Positions 23,801-38,200 of a stretch of DNA of 64,000 bases are shown here, piece after piece; the stretch's first letter is position 1; every line of letters starts with the position of its first letter. A program made the position numbers and the translations under genes. The stretch lies in assembly GCA_965655095.1 (NCBI GenBank), contig OZ296651.1, forward strand, positions 45,880,001 to 45,944,000, written 5' to 3'. Source of the stretch: Haplodiscus bocki (lineage: Eukaryota). Below the pieces are notes generated by a model. The model ran no database searches and was not told the origin of the DNA. It worked only from the letters and a program-made list of their open reading frames with translations.

Positions 23801-26800
23801 CACATAGACGAAACAAATATGACGTAAGGAAAGTTTTACGAAAATCATAGAGAAACGCAAAACTGAGGAATTTTGCTCAACGTCTGAAAATCACCTTTTG
23901 GCAAATGTGTAATTAAATCGTTGACAACCAATGACTCCGGTAACGTGATCTGAAAATGACAAAGTTAGTCATTAGTCTCAGCGGAGTCAAAAGTTTTGTT
24001 TTTCATTCACCTAAACTGGAATTTGTCGCTTCTTAGGCGTCACATTGTACATAGTGAACGTGTATGGGCAGCCGAATTTTTCAATGCTGTTGTTAGGTGT
24101 CCATAAAGTCTCCACCAAACGGAAATAAGGCCACTTAGTGTCGAAAAACATGAAAAACTGTTTTGAATCAACCTAATTTTCGAAGCCAAAGAAATTAGAG
24201 TTTTGAAAGTTTTCCCTAACTCTATTACACTGTCGCAAGTATTTGTTTTGCTTGAATTTTGCGATTATGAACGAATTGATGATTTTCCATACGAAAAATG
24301 CTCTTTCATAGACTTTTAAACCAAAACTCGAAAGTCCCAGATTTTGTGACAAAAGTTGGTGATCAGTTTTTCCCACGTTCTCCATTCTCCTTTGGTCCTG
24401 ATCCTTTTTAATCTGTACTTTTGCAGCAAATAGGAGCTCTTACGTGAAACAACCGCGACACGCTTGAAAATCACATTGCTTGAAGATCATTCTCGACTTT
24501 ATTTACAAAATTCAGAATATCTTTGGTGAAGGTCATGTTGTCGTAGACCTGCCTTATCTGACTCATTTCTCTCGTCAGGTTTTGAACTATTACTGATCAT
24601 CCTTCTGTTTATCTATTTGTGTGGATGAAATTGGACCTGTGCTAAAACTGCTAAAACTTGGAAAATAGGCCAACATATTGAGCCATTAATCTAGGCTTTT
24701 CTGAATCGTTTCGTTACTCTGAGCCCACATTGGTGTGTGTGTGTGAATTCCTTTCCCTCTGCAAAGCATCTTGTTTTCAACTGTTCTCTGGTTTCTTCGT
24801 CTTGCTCAACTAGGCCAATTTATAGACTGAATTTTTCAACTGATTCCTACTGTTATCCGTTCAATGAAAGTCGATAGAATAAATTTTGGTCCGAAGGCGT
24901 TTTTCCAGATAACTAATGGCCACGCATTTTTGAGAAGCGCGATTTCTTAGATGACGAGTTGAACGCTTAGGAATACGCGCTATACAATGGAGAGAGTAAT
25001 CATGCTGGATATTATGCTAATGCCGAATTGCTGTCGCGAACAATGTTGGTATTGTCTATGTATTGAAAATGCATTGAGGAAGATACAGTTGAATTTTTAC
25101 AACAATTGTAACAGAGCTTTTCACTGCTAAAATAGTTATTACATCTTGGGGGATGACAAAGTTGAGACTAAAATTACATCTGGACACGGAACAGTGTCAT
25201 CGCATCCTTCACACAATAAACAATGACCGGAAGCGGATAATTCTCCGGAGGAATAACTGGAAACGCAGCGCAGGCGCTATTTTCGATCGAAAGAATCCTT
25301 AATAATGCCAAGTGAGGCCACTTTCGTAGTGGACTTTTTAGAAAAACTTGAAGTTTGAGCCTACTAGAAATGATTTTAGCTTTTTTTGAGGTTAACCTAT
25401 GTGTGTTTCAAGTACCAGAATCATCGATTTCTCACTCAATTTTTTGAAACTTTGATAGATTATATCTTTTCAAAACTTTGCATTGCCTTCTTTCCAAATA
25501 TGCGTTGGATTTGATCTCATTTCGCGTGTTCCGAACCTGCTCAGCTGCTCTTGATCTCTCCCAACGATGAGTTTACTGCTCAATTTCGAACCGTCACGCT
25601 AGAAGTTGTTTTTACCATGTGCACTGTGCCGAGGAATATTGAGTTTTCTATCGCTTTAAACTCGCGATCATTTATTGTTCGATGGTCGACTCCCTAAACA
25701 AATTCACTACCTTAGAAAGTCAGTTACCGGCTTGGCGCCAAGATGTCAAAAGTATTGTGGTTAGTCGTTCACCCAACGCATTCTTCGTTGTTCCATTTTA
25801 GTTTCTTCCGTGTTGTGATTTTAAACTTCGAATGTCTTTATAAGGAAATGTCTCACAAGATACTGGGGAGATCTTTAGCTGACACCCCAGGAACAGAAGT
25901 ATTATCAAATTGTCAAAAAACCTATTTCTCGGGAGTAACTCGCTTAAAATTTGTATTTTAAACTGGTTTGCTAGTAGTGCTGACTGTTTTCCCTGTCAGG
26001 AGTTTGAACGTCGACTTTTTTGAGGGATTGTCTGGTAATATACTGTGGAGATCTTCAGCTCTCACGCTAGGAGCACAGATAATAACCGACGAGTAGGCAA
26101 ACGGTCAATGTTGGGCGCCATTTTGTTTTGAAATGAAACTGTGTAGACGTGCGTGTAGTTGATACTTACACATGCAGATTTTGCTCCAGTTGTGGAATCA
26201 AGACGGCTTAAACCCTAATGGTAGTACTTTAGTTCACATAGACAATACAAAAATGACTAAGGAAAGTTTTACGAAAATCATAGAGAAACGCAATACTGAG
26301 GATTTTTGCTCAACGCCTGAAAAACACTTTTTGGCAAATGTGTAATTAAATCGTTGACAACCAATGACTCCGGTAACGTGATCTGAAATTAACAAAGTCA
26401 GTCATAAGTCTCAGCGGAGTCAAAAGTTTTGTTTTTGATTCACTTAAACTGGAATTTGTCGCGTCTTAGGCGTCACATTGTACATAGTGAACGTGTATGG
26501 GCAGCCGAATTTTTCAATACTGTTGTTAGGTGTCCATAAAGTCTCCACCAAACGGAAATAATGCCAGTTAGTGTACGAAAAACAAGAAAAACTTTTTTTG
26601 AATCAACCTGTTTTTCGAAGTCGCAGAAATTAGAGTTTTGAAAGTTTTCCCTAACTCTATTACACTGTCGCAAATACTGTGTTTTGCTTGAGTGTTGCGA
26701 TTATGAACGAATAAAAGGTTTTCTGTATTAAAATGCTCTTTTGTGGCCTTTTAAACCAAAACTCGAAAGTCCCAGATTTTGTGACAAAAGTTGGTGATCA

Positions 26801-29800
26801 TTTTTTCCCACGTTCTCCATTCTCCTTTGGTCCTGATCCTTTTTAATCTGTACTTTTGCAGCAAATAGGAGCTCTTACGTGAAACAACCGCGACACGCTT
26901 GAAAATCACATTGCTTGAAGATCATTCTCGACTTTATTTACAAAATTCAGAATATCTTCGGTGAAGGTCATGTTGTCGTAGACCTGCCTTATCTGACTCA
27001 TTTCTCTCGTCAGGTTTTGAACTATTACTGATCATCCTTCTGTTTATCTATTTGTGTGGATGAAATTGGACCTGTGCTAAAACTGCTAAAACTTGGAAAA
27101 TAGGCCAACATATTGAGCCATTAATCTAGGCTTTTCTGAATCGTTTCGTTCCTCTGAGCCCACATTGGTGTGTGTGTGTGTGTGAATTCCTTTCCCTCTG
27201 CAAAGCATCTTGTTTTCAACTGTTCTCTGGTTTCTTCGTCTTGCTCAACTAGGCCAATTTATAGACTGAATTTTTCAACTGATTCCTACTGTTATCCGTT
27301 CAATGAAAGTCCATAGAATAAATTTTGGTCCGAAGGCGTTTTTACAGATAACTAATGGCCACGCATTTTTGAGAAGCGCGATTTTTTGGATGACGAGTTG
27401 AACGCTTAGGAATACGCGCTATACAATGGAGAGAGTAATCATGCTGGATATTATGCTAATGCCGAATTGCTGTCGCGAACAATGTTGGTATTGTCTATGT
27501 ATTGAAAATGCATTGAGGAAGATACAGTTGAATTTTTACAACAATTGTAACAGAGCTTTTCACTGCTAAAATAGTTATTACATCTTGGGGGATGACAAAG
27601 TTGAGACTAAAATTACATCTGGACACGGAACAGTGTCATCGCATCCTTCACACAATAAACAATGACCGGAAGCGGATAATTCTCCGGAGGAATAACTGGA
27701 AACGCAGCGCAGGCGCTATTTTCGATCGAAAGAATCCTTAATAATGCCAAGTGAGGCCACTTTCGTAGTGGACCTTTTAGAAAAACTTGAAGTTTGAGCC
27801 TACTAGAAATGATTTTAGCTTTTTTTTGAGGTTTACCTATGTGTGTTTCAAGTACCAGAATCATCGATTTCTCAATCAATTTTTTGAAACTTTGATTTAT
27901 TATATCTTTTCAAAACTTTGCATTGCCTTCTTTCCCAATATGCGTTGGATTTGATCTCATTTCGCGTGTTCCGAACCTGCTCAGCTGCTCTTGATCTCTC
28001 CCAACGATGAGTTTACTGCTCAATTTCGAACCGTCACGCGAGAAGTTGTTTTTACCATGTGCACTGTGCCGAGGACCATTGAGTTTTCTATCGCTTGGAA
28101 CTCGTGACCTCTTATTGTTCGATGGGCGACTCCCTAAATAAATTCACTGCTTTAATAAGTCAGTTACCGGCCTGGCGCCAAGTTTTCAAAAGTATTGTGG
28201 TTAGTCGTTCAGCCAACGCATTCTTCGTTGTTCCCGTTTAGTTTCTCCAGTATTGTGATTTTAAACTTCGAATGTCATTGAGAGATTGTCTCACAATATA
28301 CAGCTGAGATCTTTAGCTCATACCCCAGGGACACAGGTAATGAAATTGGTCAAAAAAATTGTTTCTGGGGAGGAACGCAATTGCAAATTGTTTTTTAACA
28401 GGTTGGGTGGTAGTGCGGAATGTTATCCCATTTTGTTTTGAAATGAAACTGTGTAGACGTGCGTGTAGTTGATACTTACCCATGCAGATTTTGCTCCAGT
28501 TGTGGAATCAAGACGGGTTAAACCCTAATGGTAGTACTTTAGTTCACATAGACAAAACAAATATGACGTAAGGAAAGTTTACGAAAATCATAGAGAAACG
28601 CAAAACTGAGGAATTTTGCTCAACGTCTGAAAATCACCTTTTGGCAAATGTGTAATTAAATCGTTGACAACCAATGACTCCGGTAACGTGATCTGAAAAT
28701 GACAAAGTTAGTCATAAGTCTCAGCGGAGTCAAAAGTTTTGTTTTTCATTCACCTAAACTGGAATTTGTCGCTTCTTAGGCGTCACATTGTACATAGTGA
28801 ACGTGTATGGGCAGCCGAATTTTTCAATGCTGTTGTTAGGTGTCCATAAAGTCTCCACCAAACGGAAATAAGGCCACTTAGTGTCGAAAAACATGAAAAA
28901 CTGTTTTGAATCAAACTAATTTTCGAAGCCAAAGAAATTAGAGTTTTGAAAGTTTTCCCTAACTCTATTACACTGTCGCAAATATTTTTGCTTGAATTTT
29001 GCGATTATGAACGAATTGATGATTTTCCATATGAAAAATGCTATCTCATAGACTTTTAAACCAAAACTCGAAAGTCCCAGATTTTGTGACAAAAGTTGGT
29101 GATCATTTTTTCCCACGTTCTCCATTCTCCTTTGGTCCTGATCCTTTTTAATCTGTACTTTTGCAGCAAATAGGAGCTCTTACGTGAAACCACCGCGACA
29201 CGCTTGAAAATCACATTGCTTGAAGATCATTCTCGACTTAATTTACAAAATTCAGAATATCTTTGGTGAAGGTCATGTTGTCGTAGACCTGCCTTATCTG
29301 ACTCATTTCTCTCGTCAGGTTTTGAACTATTACTGATCATCCTTCTGTTTATCTATTTGTGTGGATGAAATTGGACCTGTGCTAAAACTGCTAAAACTTG
29401 GAAAATAGGCCAACATATTGAGCCATTAATCTAGGCTTTTCTGAATCGTTTCGTTCCTCTGAGCCCACATTGGTGTGTGTGTGTGTGTGAATTCCTTTCC
29501 CTCTGCAAAGCATCTTGTTTTCAACTGTTCTCTGGTTTCTTCGTCTTGCTCAACTAGGCCAATTTATAGACTGAATTTTTCAACTGATTCCTACTGTTAT
29601 CCGTTCAATGAAAGTCCATAGAATAAATTTTGGTCCGAAGGCGTTTTTCCAGATAACTAATGGCCACGCAATTTTGAGAAGCCCGATTTTTTGGATGACG
29701 AGTTGAACGCTTTGGAATACGCGCTATACAATGGAGAGAGTAATCATGCTGGATATTATGCTAATGCCGAATTGCTGTCGCGAACAATGTTGGTATTGTC

Positions 29801-32800
29801 TATGTATTGAAAATGCATTGAGGAAGATACAGTTGAATTTTTACAACAATTGTAACAGAGCTTTTCACTGCTAAAATAGTTATTACATCTTGGGGGATGA
29901 CAAAGTTGAGACTAAAATTACATCTGGACACGGAACAGTGTCATCGCATCCTTCACACAATAAACAATGACCGGAAGCGGATAATTCTCCGGAGGAATAA
30001 CTGGAAACGCAGCGCAGGCGCTATTTTCGATCGAAAGAATCCTTAATAATGCCAAGTGAGGCCACTTTCGTAGTGGACCTTTTAGAAAAACTTGAAGTTT
30101 GAGCCTACTAGAAATGATTTTAGCTTTTTTTTGAGGTTTACCTTTGTGTGTTTCAAGTACCAGAATCATCGATTTCTCAATCAATTTTTTGAAACTTTGA
30201 TTTATTATATCTTTTCAAAACTTTGCATTGCCTTCTTTCCCAATATGCGTTGGATTTGATCTCATTTCGCGTGTTCCGAACCTGCTCAGCTGCTCTTGAT
30301 CTCTCCCAACGATGAGTTTACTGCTCAATTTCGAACCGTCACGCGAGAAGTTGTTTTTACCATGTGCACTGTGCCGAGGACCATTGAGTTTTCTATCGCT
30401 TGGAACTCGTGACCTCTTATTGTTCGATGGGCGACTCCCTAAATAAATTCACTGCTTTAATAAGTCAGTTACCGGCCTGGCGCCAAGTTTTCAAAAGTAT
30501 TGTGGTTAGTCGTTCAGCCAACGCATTCTTCGTTGTTCCCGTTTAGTTTCTCCAGTATTGTGATTTTAAACTTCGAATGTCATTGAGAGATTGTCTCACA
30601 ATATACAGCTGAGATCTTTAGCTCATACCCCAGGGACACAGGTAATGAAATTGGTCAAAAAAATTGTTTCTGGGGAGGAACGCAATTGCAAATTGTTTTT
30701 TAACAGGTTGGGTGGTAGTGCCGAATGTTATCCCTGTCACGCTTTTGACCATCAATTTTTTTTGAGGGAATATCTGGTAATACACTGTGGAGGTCGTCAG
30801 CTCTCACGCTAGGAGCACAGATAATAACCGACGAGTAGGCAAACGGTCAATGTTGGGCGCCATTTTGTTTTGAAATGAAACTGTGTAGACGTGCGTGTAG
30901 TTTATACTTACACATGCAGATTTTGCTCCAGTTGTGGAATCAAGACGGCTTAAACCCTAATGGTAGTACTTTAGTTCACATAGACGAAACAAATATGACG
31001 TAAGGAAAGTTTTACGAAAATCATAGAGAAACGCAAAACTGAGGAATTTTGCTCAACGTCTGAAAATCACCTTTTGGCAAATGTGTAATTAAATCGTTGA
31101 CAACCATTGACTCCGGTAACGTGATCTGAAAATGACAAAGTTAGTCATTAGTCTCAGCGGAGTCAAAAGTTTTGTTTTTCATTCACCTAAACTGGAATTT
31201 GTCGCTTCTTAGGCGTCACATTGTACATAGTGAACGTGTATGGGCAGCCGAATTTTTCAATGCTGTTGTTACGTGTCCATAAAGTCTCCACCAAACGGAA
31301 ATAAGGCCACTTAGTGTCGAAAAACATGAAAAACTGTTTTGAATCAAACTAATTTTCGAAGCCAAAGAAATTAGAGTTTTGAAAGTTTTCCCTAACTCTA
31401 TTACACTGTCGCAAATATTTGTTTTGCTTGAATTTTGCGATTATGAACGAATTGATGATTTTCCATATGAAAAATGCTATCTCATAGACTTTTAAACCAA
31501 AACTCGAAAGTCCCAGATTTTGTGACAAAAGTTGGTGATCATTTTTTCCCACGTTCTCCATTCTCCTTTGGTCCTGATCCTTTTTAATCTGTACTTTTGC
31601 AGCAAATAGGAGCTCTTACGTGAAACCACCGCGACACGCTTGAAAATCACATTGCTTGAAGATCATTCTCGACTTAATTTACAAAATTCAGAATATCTTT
31701 GGTGAAGGTCATGTTGTCGTAGACCTGCCTTATCTGACTCATTTCTCTCGTCAGGTTTTGAACTATTACTGATCATCCGTCTGTTTATCTATTTGTGTGG
31801 ATGAAATTGGACCTGTGCTAAAACTGCTAAAACTTGGAAAATAGGCCAACATATTGAGCCATTAATCTAGGCTTTTCTGAATCGTTTCGTTCCTCTGAGC
31901 CCACATTGGTGTGTGTGTGTGTGTGAATTCCTTTCCCTCTGCAAAGCATCTTGTTTTCAACTGTTCTCTGGTTTCTTCGTCTTGCTCAACTAGGCCAATT
32001 TATAGACTGAATTTTTCAACTGATTCCTACTGTTATCCGTTCAATGAAAGTCGATAGAATAAATTTTGGTCCGAAGGCGTTTTTCCAGATAACTAATGGC
32101 CACGCATTTTTGAGAAGCGCGATTTCTTAGATGACGAGTTGAACGCTTAGGAATACGCGCTATACAATGGAGAGAGTAATCATGCTGGATATTATGCTAA
32201 TGCCGAATTGCTGTCGCGAACAATGTTGGTATTGTCTATGTATTGAAAATGCATTGAGGAAGATACAGTTGAATTTTTACAACAATTGTAACAGAGCTTT
32301 TCACTGCTAAAATAGTTATTACATCTTGGGGGATGACAAAGTTGAGACTAAAATTACATCTGGACACGGAACAGTGTCATCGCATCCTTCACACAATAAA
32401 CAATGACCGGAAGTGGATAATTCTCCGGAGGAATAACTGGAAACGCAGCGCAGGCGCTATTTTCGATCGAAAGAATCCTTAATAATGCCAAGTGAGGCCA
32501 CTTTCGTAGTGGACTTTTTAGAAAAACTTGAAGTTTGAGCCTACTAGAAATGATTTTAGCTTTTCTTGAGGTTTACCTATGTGTGTTTCAAGTACCAGAA
32601 TCATCGATTTCTCACTCAATTTTTTGAAACTTTGATAGATTATATCTTTTCAAAACTTTGCATTGCCTTCTTTCCAAATATGCGTTGGATTTGATCTCAT
32701 TTCGCGTGTTCCGAACCTGCTCAGCTGCTCTTGATCTCTCCCAACGATGAGTTTACTGCTCAATTTCGAACCGTCACGCTAGAAGTTGTTTATACCATGT

Positions 32801-35233
32801 GCACTGTGCCGAGGACCATTGAGTTTTCTATCGCTTTAAACTCGCGATCATTTATTGTTCGATGGTCGACTCCCTAAACAAATTCACTACCTTAGAAAGT
32901 CAGTTACCGGCTTGGCGCCAAGATGTCAAAAGTATTGTGGTTAGTCGTTCACCCAACGCATTCTTCGTTGTTCCGGTTTAGTTTCTTCCGTGTTGTGATT
33001 TTAAACTTCGAATGTCTTTATAAGGAAATGTCTCACAATATACTGGGGAGATCTTTAGCTGACACCCCAGGAACAGAAGTATTATCAAATTGTCAAAAAA
33101 CCTATTTCTCGGGAGTAACTCGCTTAAAATTTGTATTTTAAACTGGTTTGCTAGTAGTGCTGACTGTTTTCCCTGTCAGGAGTCTGAACGTCGACTTTTT
33201 TGAGGGATTGTCTGGTAATATACTGTGGAGATCTTCAGCTCTCACGCTAGGAGCACAGATAATAACCGACGAGTAGGCAAAAGGTCAATGTTGGTCGCCA
33301 TTTTGTTTTGAAATGAAACTGTGTAGACGTGCGTGTAGTTGATACTTACACATGCAGATTTTGCTCCAGTTGTGGAATCAAGACGGCTTAAACCCTAATG
33401 GTAGTACTTTAGTTCACATAGACAATACAAAAATGACTAAGGAAAGTTTTACGAAAATCATAGAGAAACGCAATACTGAGGATTTTTGCTCAACGCCTGA
33501 AAAACACTTTTTGGCAAATGTGTAATTAAATCGTTGACAACCAATGACTCCGGTAACGTGATCTGAAATTAACAAAGTCAGTCATAAGTCTCAGCGGAGT
33601 CAAAAGTTTTGTTTTTGATTCACTTAAACTGGAATTTGTCGCGTCTTAGGCGTCACATTGTACATAGTGAACGTGTATGGGCAGCCGAATTTTTCAATAC
33701 TGTTGTTAGGTGTCCATAAAGTCTCCACCAAACGGAAATAATGCCAGTTAGTGTACGAAAAACAAGAAAAACTTTTTTTTGAATCAACCTGTTTTTCGAA
33801 GTCGCAGAAATTAGAGTTTTGAAAGTTTTCCCTAACTCTATTACACTGTCGCAAATACTGTGTTTTGCTTGAGTGTTGCGATTATGAACGAATAAAAGGT
33901 TTTCTGTATTAAAATGCTCTTTTGTGGCCTTTTAAACCAAAACTCGAAAGTCCCAGATTTTGTGACAAAAGTTGGTGATCATTTTTTCCCACGTTCTCCA
34001 TTCTCCTTTGGTCCTGATCCTTTTTAATCTGTACTTTTGCAGCAAATAGGAGCTCTTACGTGAAACAACCGCGACACGCCTGAAAATCACATTGCTTGAA
34101 GATCATTCTCGACTTTATTTACAAAATTCAGAATATCTTTGGTGAAGGTCATGTTGTCGTAGACCTGCCTTATCTGACTCATTTCTCTCGTCAGGTTTTG
34201 AACTATTACTGATCATCCTTCTGTTTATCTATTTGTGTGGATGAAATTGGACCTGTGCTAAAACTGCTAAAACTTGGAAAATAGGCCAACATATTGAGCC
34301 ATTAATCTAGGCTTTTCTGAATCGTTTCGTTCCTCTGAGCCCACATTGGTGTGTGTGTGTGTGAATTCCTTTCCCTCTGCAAAGCATCTTGTTTTCAACT
34401 GTTCTCTGGTTTCTTCGTCTTGCTCAACTAGGCCAATTTATAGACTGAATTTTTCAACTGATTCCTACTGTTATCCGTTCAATGAAAGTCCATAGAATAA
34501 ATTTTGGTCCGAAGGCGTTTTTCCAGATAACTAATGGCCACGCAATTTTGAGAAGCCCGATTTTTTGGATGACGAGTTGAACGCTTTGGAATACGCGCTA
34601 TACAATGGAGAGAGTAATCATGCTGGATATTATGCTAATGCCGAATTGCTGTCGCGAACAATGTTGGTATTGTCTATGTATTGAAAATGCATTGAGGAAG
34701 ATACAGTTGAATTTTTACAACAATTGTAACAGAGCTTTTCACTGCTAAAATAGTTATTACATCTTGGGGGATGACAAAGTTGAGACTAAAATTACATCTG
34801 GACACGGAACAGTGTCATCGCATCCTTCACACAATAAACAATGACCGGAAGCGGATAATTCTCCGGAGGAATAACTGGAAACGCAGCGCAGGCGCTTTTT
34901 TCGATCGAAAGAATCCTTAATAATGCCAAGTGAGGCCACTTTCGTAGTGGACCTTTTAGAAAAACTTGAAGTTTGAGCCTACTAGAAATGATTTTAGCTT
35001 TTTTTTGAGGTTTACCTCTGTGTGTTTCAAGTACCAGGATCATCGATTTCTCACTCAATTTTTTGTATCTTTGATCGGATATATCCTTTCAAAACTTTCC
35101 ATTGCCTTTGGTCCGAGTATGCATGGGATTTGATCTCATTTCGGGAGTTCCGAACCTGCTCAGGTGCTCTTGATCTCTCCCACCGATGAGTTTACTGCTC
35201 AATTTCGAACCGTCACGCTAGAAGTTGTTTATA
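20879..35233. repeat. Trimeric higher-order repeat (~7.18 kb x 2): 2305 + ~2433 + ~2440 bp units
   Basis: Unit lengths are 2305, 2431, 2440, then 2305, 2435, 2439. The same 127-bp deletion occurs at ~21253 and ~28429. ORF variants repeat at 7176-7180 bp (23415/30591; 25743/32923). Confidence 0.88.
27168..27184. repeat. (GT)n microsatellite within B1/B2 units, n=6-8
   Basis: (GT)6 at ~19990 and ~24733, (GT)8 at ~27168, ~29473 and ~31909, (GT)7 at ~34349. Confidence 0.9.
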
Positions 35234-38200
35234 CCATGTGCACTGTGCCGAGAACCATTGAGTTTTCTATCGCTTTAAACTCGCGATCATTTATTGTTCG
35301 ATGGGCGACTCCCTAAACAAATTCACTACCTTAGAAAGTCAGTTACCGGCTTGGCGCCAAGATGTCAAAAGTATTGTGGTTAGTCGTTCACCCAAGGCAT
35401 TCTTCGTTGTTCCGGTTTAGTTTCTTCCGTGTTGTGATTTTAAACTTCGAATGTCTTTATAAGGAAATGTCTCACAATATACTGGGGAGATCTTTAGCTC
35501 ACACCCCAGGAACAGAAGTATTATCAAATTGTCAAAAAACCTATTTCTGGGGAGGAACTCGCTTAAAATTTGTATTTTAAACTGGTTTGCTAGTAGTGCT
35601 GACTGTTTTCCCTGTCAGGAGTTTGAACGTCGAATTTTTTGAGGGATTGTCTAGTAATATACTGTGGAGACCTTCAGCTTTCACGCTAGGAGCACAGATA
35701 TTAATCGACGAGTAGGCAAACGGTCAAAGTTGGGCGCCATTTTGTTTTGAAATGAAACTGTGTAGACGTGCGTGTAGTTGATACTTACACATGCAGATTT
35801 TGCTCCAGTTGTGGAATCAAGACGGCTTAAACCCTAATGGTAGTACTTTAGTTCACATAGACAATACAAATATGACGTAAGGAAAGTTTTACGAAAATCA
35901 TAGAGAAACGCAAAACTGAGGAATTTTGCTCAACGTCTGAAAATCACCTTTTGGCAAATGTGTAATTAAATCGTTGACAACCATTGACTCCGGTAACGTG
36001 ATCTGAAATTGAAAAAGTGAGTCTTAAGTCTCAGCGGAGTCAAAAGTTTTGTTTTTCATTCACTTAAACTGGAATTTGTCGATTCTTAGGCGTCACATTG
36101 TACATAGTGAACGTGTATGGGCAGCCGAATTTTTCAATGCTGTTGTTAGGTGTCCATAAAGTCTCCAGCAAACGGAAATAAGGCCAGTTGGTGTATGAAA
36201 AACATGAAAAACTGTTTTGAATCAACCTAATTTTCGAAGCCAAAGAAATTAGAGTTTTGAAAGTTTTCCCTAACTCTGTCACACTGTCGCAAATAACTGT
36301 TTTGCTTGAATGTTGCGATTATGTACGAATTGATGATTTTCCTTATGAAAAATGCTCTTTCATAGACTTTTAAACCAAAACTCGAAAATCCCAGATTTTG
36401 TGACAAAAGTTGGTGATCATTTTTCCCACGTTCTCCATTCTTCTTTGGTCCTGATCCTTTTTAATCTGTACTTTTGCAGCAAATAGGAGCTCTTACGTGA
36501 AACCACCGCGACACGCTTGAAAATCACATTGCTTCAAGATCATTCTCGACTGTATTTACAAAATAAAGAATTTCCTTGGTCAAGGTCAGGTTGTCGCAGA
36601 CCTGCGTTATCTGACTCATTTCTCTCGTCTGGTTTTGTACTCTCCCTGATCATGCTTCTGTTTATCCATTTGTGTGGATGAGATTGGACCTGTGCTAAAA
36701 CTGCTGAAACTTGGAAAAAAGGCCAACATATTGAGCCATTAATCTAGGCTTTTCTGAATCGTTTCGTTCCTCTGAGCCCACATTGGTGTGTGTTTGTGTT
36801 ATTTTCTTTCCCTCTGCAAAGCATCTTGTTTCAACTGTTCCCTGGTTTCTTTGTCCTGCTCAACAAGGCCAATATATAGACTGAATTATTCAACTGATTC
36901 CTACTGTTTTCCGTTCAATGAAAGTCGATAGAATAAATTTTGGTCCGAAGGCGTTTTTCCAGATAACTAATGGCCACGCAATTTTGAGAAGCGCGTTTTT
37001 TTGGATGACGAGTTGAACGCTTTGGAATACGCGCTGTACAATGGAGAGAGTAATCATGCTGGATATTATGCTGATGCCGAATTGCTGTCGCGAACAATGT
37101 TGGTATTGTCTATGTATTGAAAATGCATTGAGGAAGATACAGTTGAATTTTTACAACAATTGTAACAGGGCTTTTCACTGCTAAAATAGTTATTACATCT
37201 TGGGGGATGACAAAGTTGAGACTAAAATTACATCTGGACACGGAACAGGGTCATCGCATCCTTCACACAATAAACAATGACCGGAAGCGGATAAGTCTCC
37301 GGAGGAATAACTGGGAACGCAGCGCATGCCCTATTTTCGATCGAAAGAATCCTTAATAATGCCAAGTGAGGCCACTTTCGTAGTGGACCTTTTAGAAAAA
37401 CTTGAAGTTTGAGCCTACTAGAAATGATTTTAGCTTTCTTTTTGAGGTTTACCTTTGTGTGTTTCAAGTACCAGGATCATCGATTTCTCACTCAATTTTT
37501 TGTATCTTTGATCGGATATATCTTCTCAAAACTTTCCATTGCCTTTGTTCCAAGTATGCGTGGGATTTGATCTCATTTCGAGAGTTCCGAACCTGCTCAG
37601 GTGCTCTTGATCTCTCCCAACGATGAGTTTACTGCTCAATTTCGAACCGTCACGCTAGAAGTTGTTTATACCATGTGCACTGTGCCGAGGACCATTGAGT
37701 TTTCTATCGCTTTAAACTCGCGCTCATTTATTGTTCGATGCGCGACTCCCTAAACAAATTCACTACCTTAGAAAGTCAGTTACCGGCTTGGCGCCAAGAT
37801 GTCAAAAGTATTGTGGTTAGTCGTTCACCCAACGCATTCTTCGTTGTTCCGGTTTAGTTTCTTCCGTGTTGTGATTTTAAACTTCGAATGTCTTTATAAG
37901 GAAATGTCTCACAATATACTGGGGAGATCTTTAGCTCACACCCCAGGAACAGAAGTATTATCAAGTTGTCAAAAAACCTATTTCTGGGGAGGAACTCGCT
38001 TAAAATTTGTATTTTAAACTGGTTTGCTAGTAGTGCTGACTGTTTTCCCTGTCAGGAGTTTGAACGTCGAATTTTTTGAGGGATTGTTTGGTAATATACT
38101 GTGGAGACCTTCAGCTTTCACGCTAGGAGCACAGATATTAACCGACGAGTAGGCAAACGGTCAATGTTGGGCGCCATTTTGTTTTGAAATGAAACTGTGT

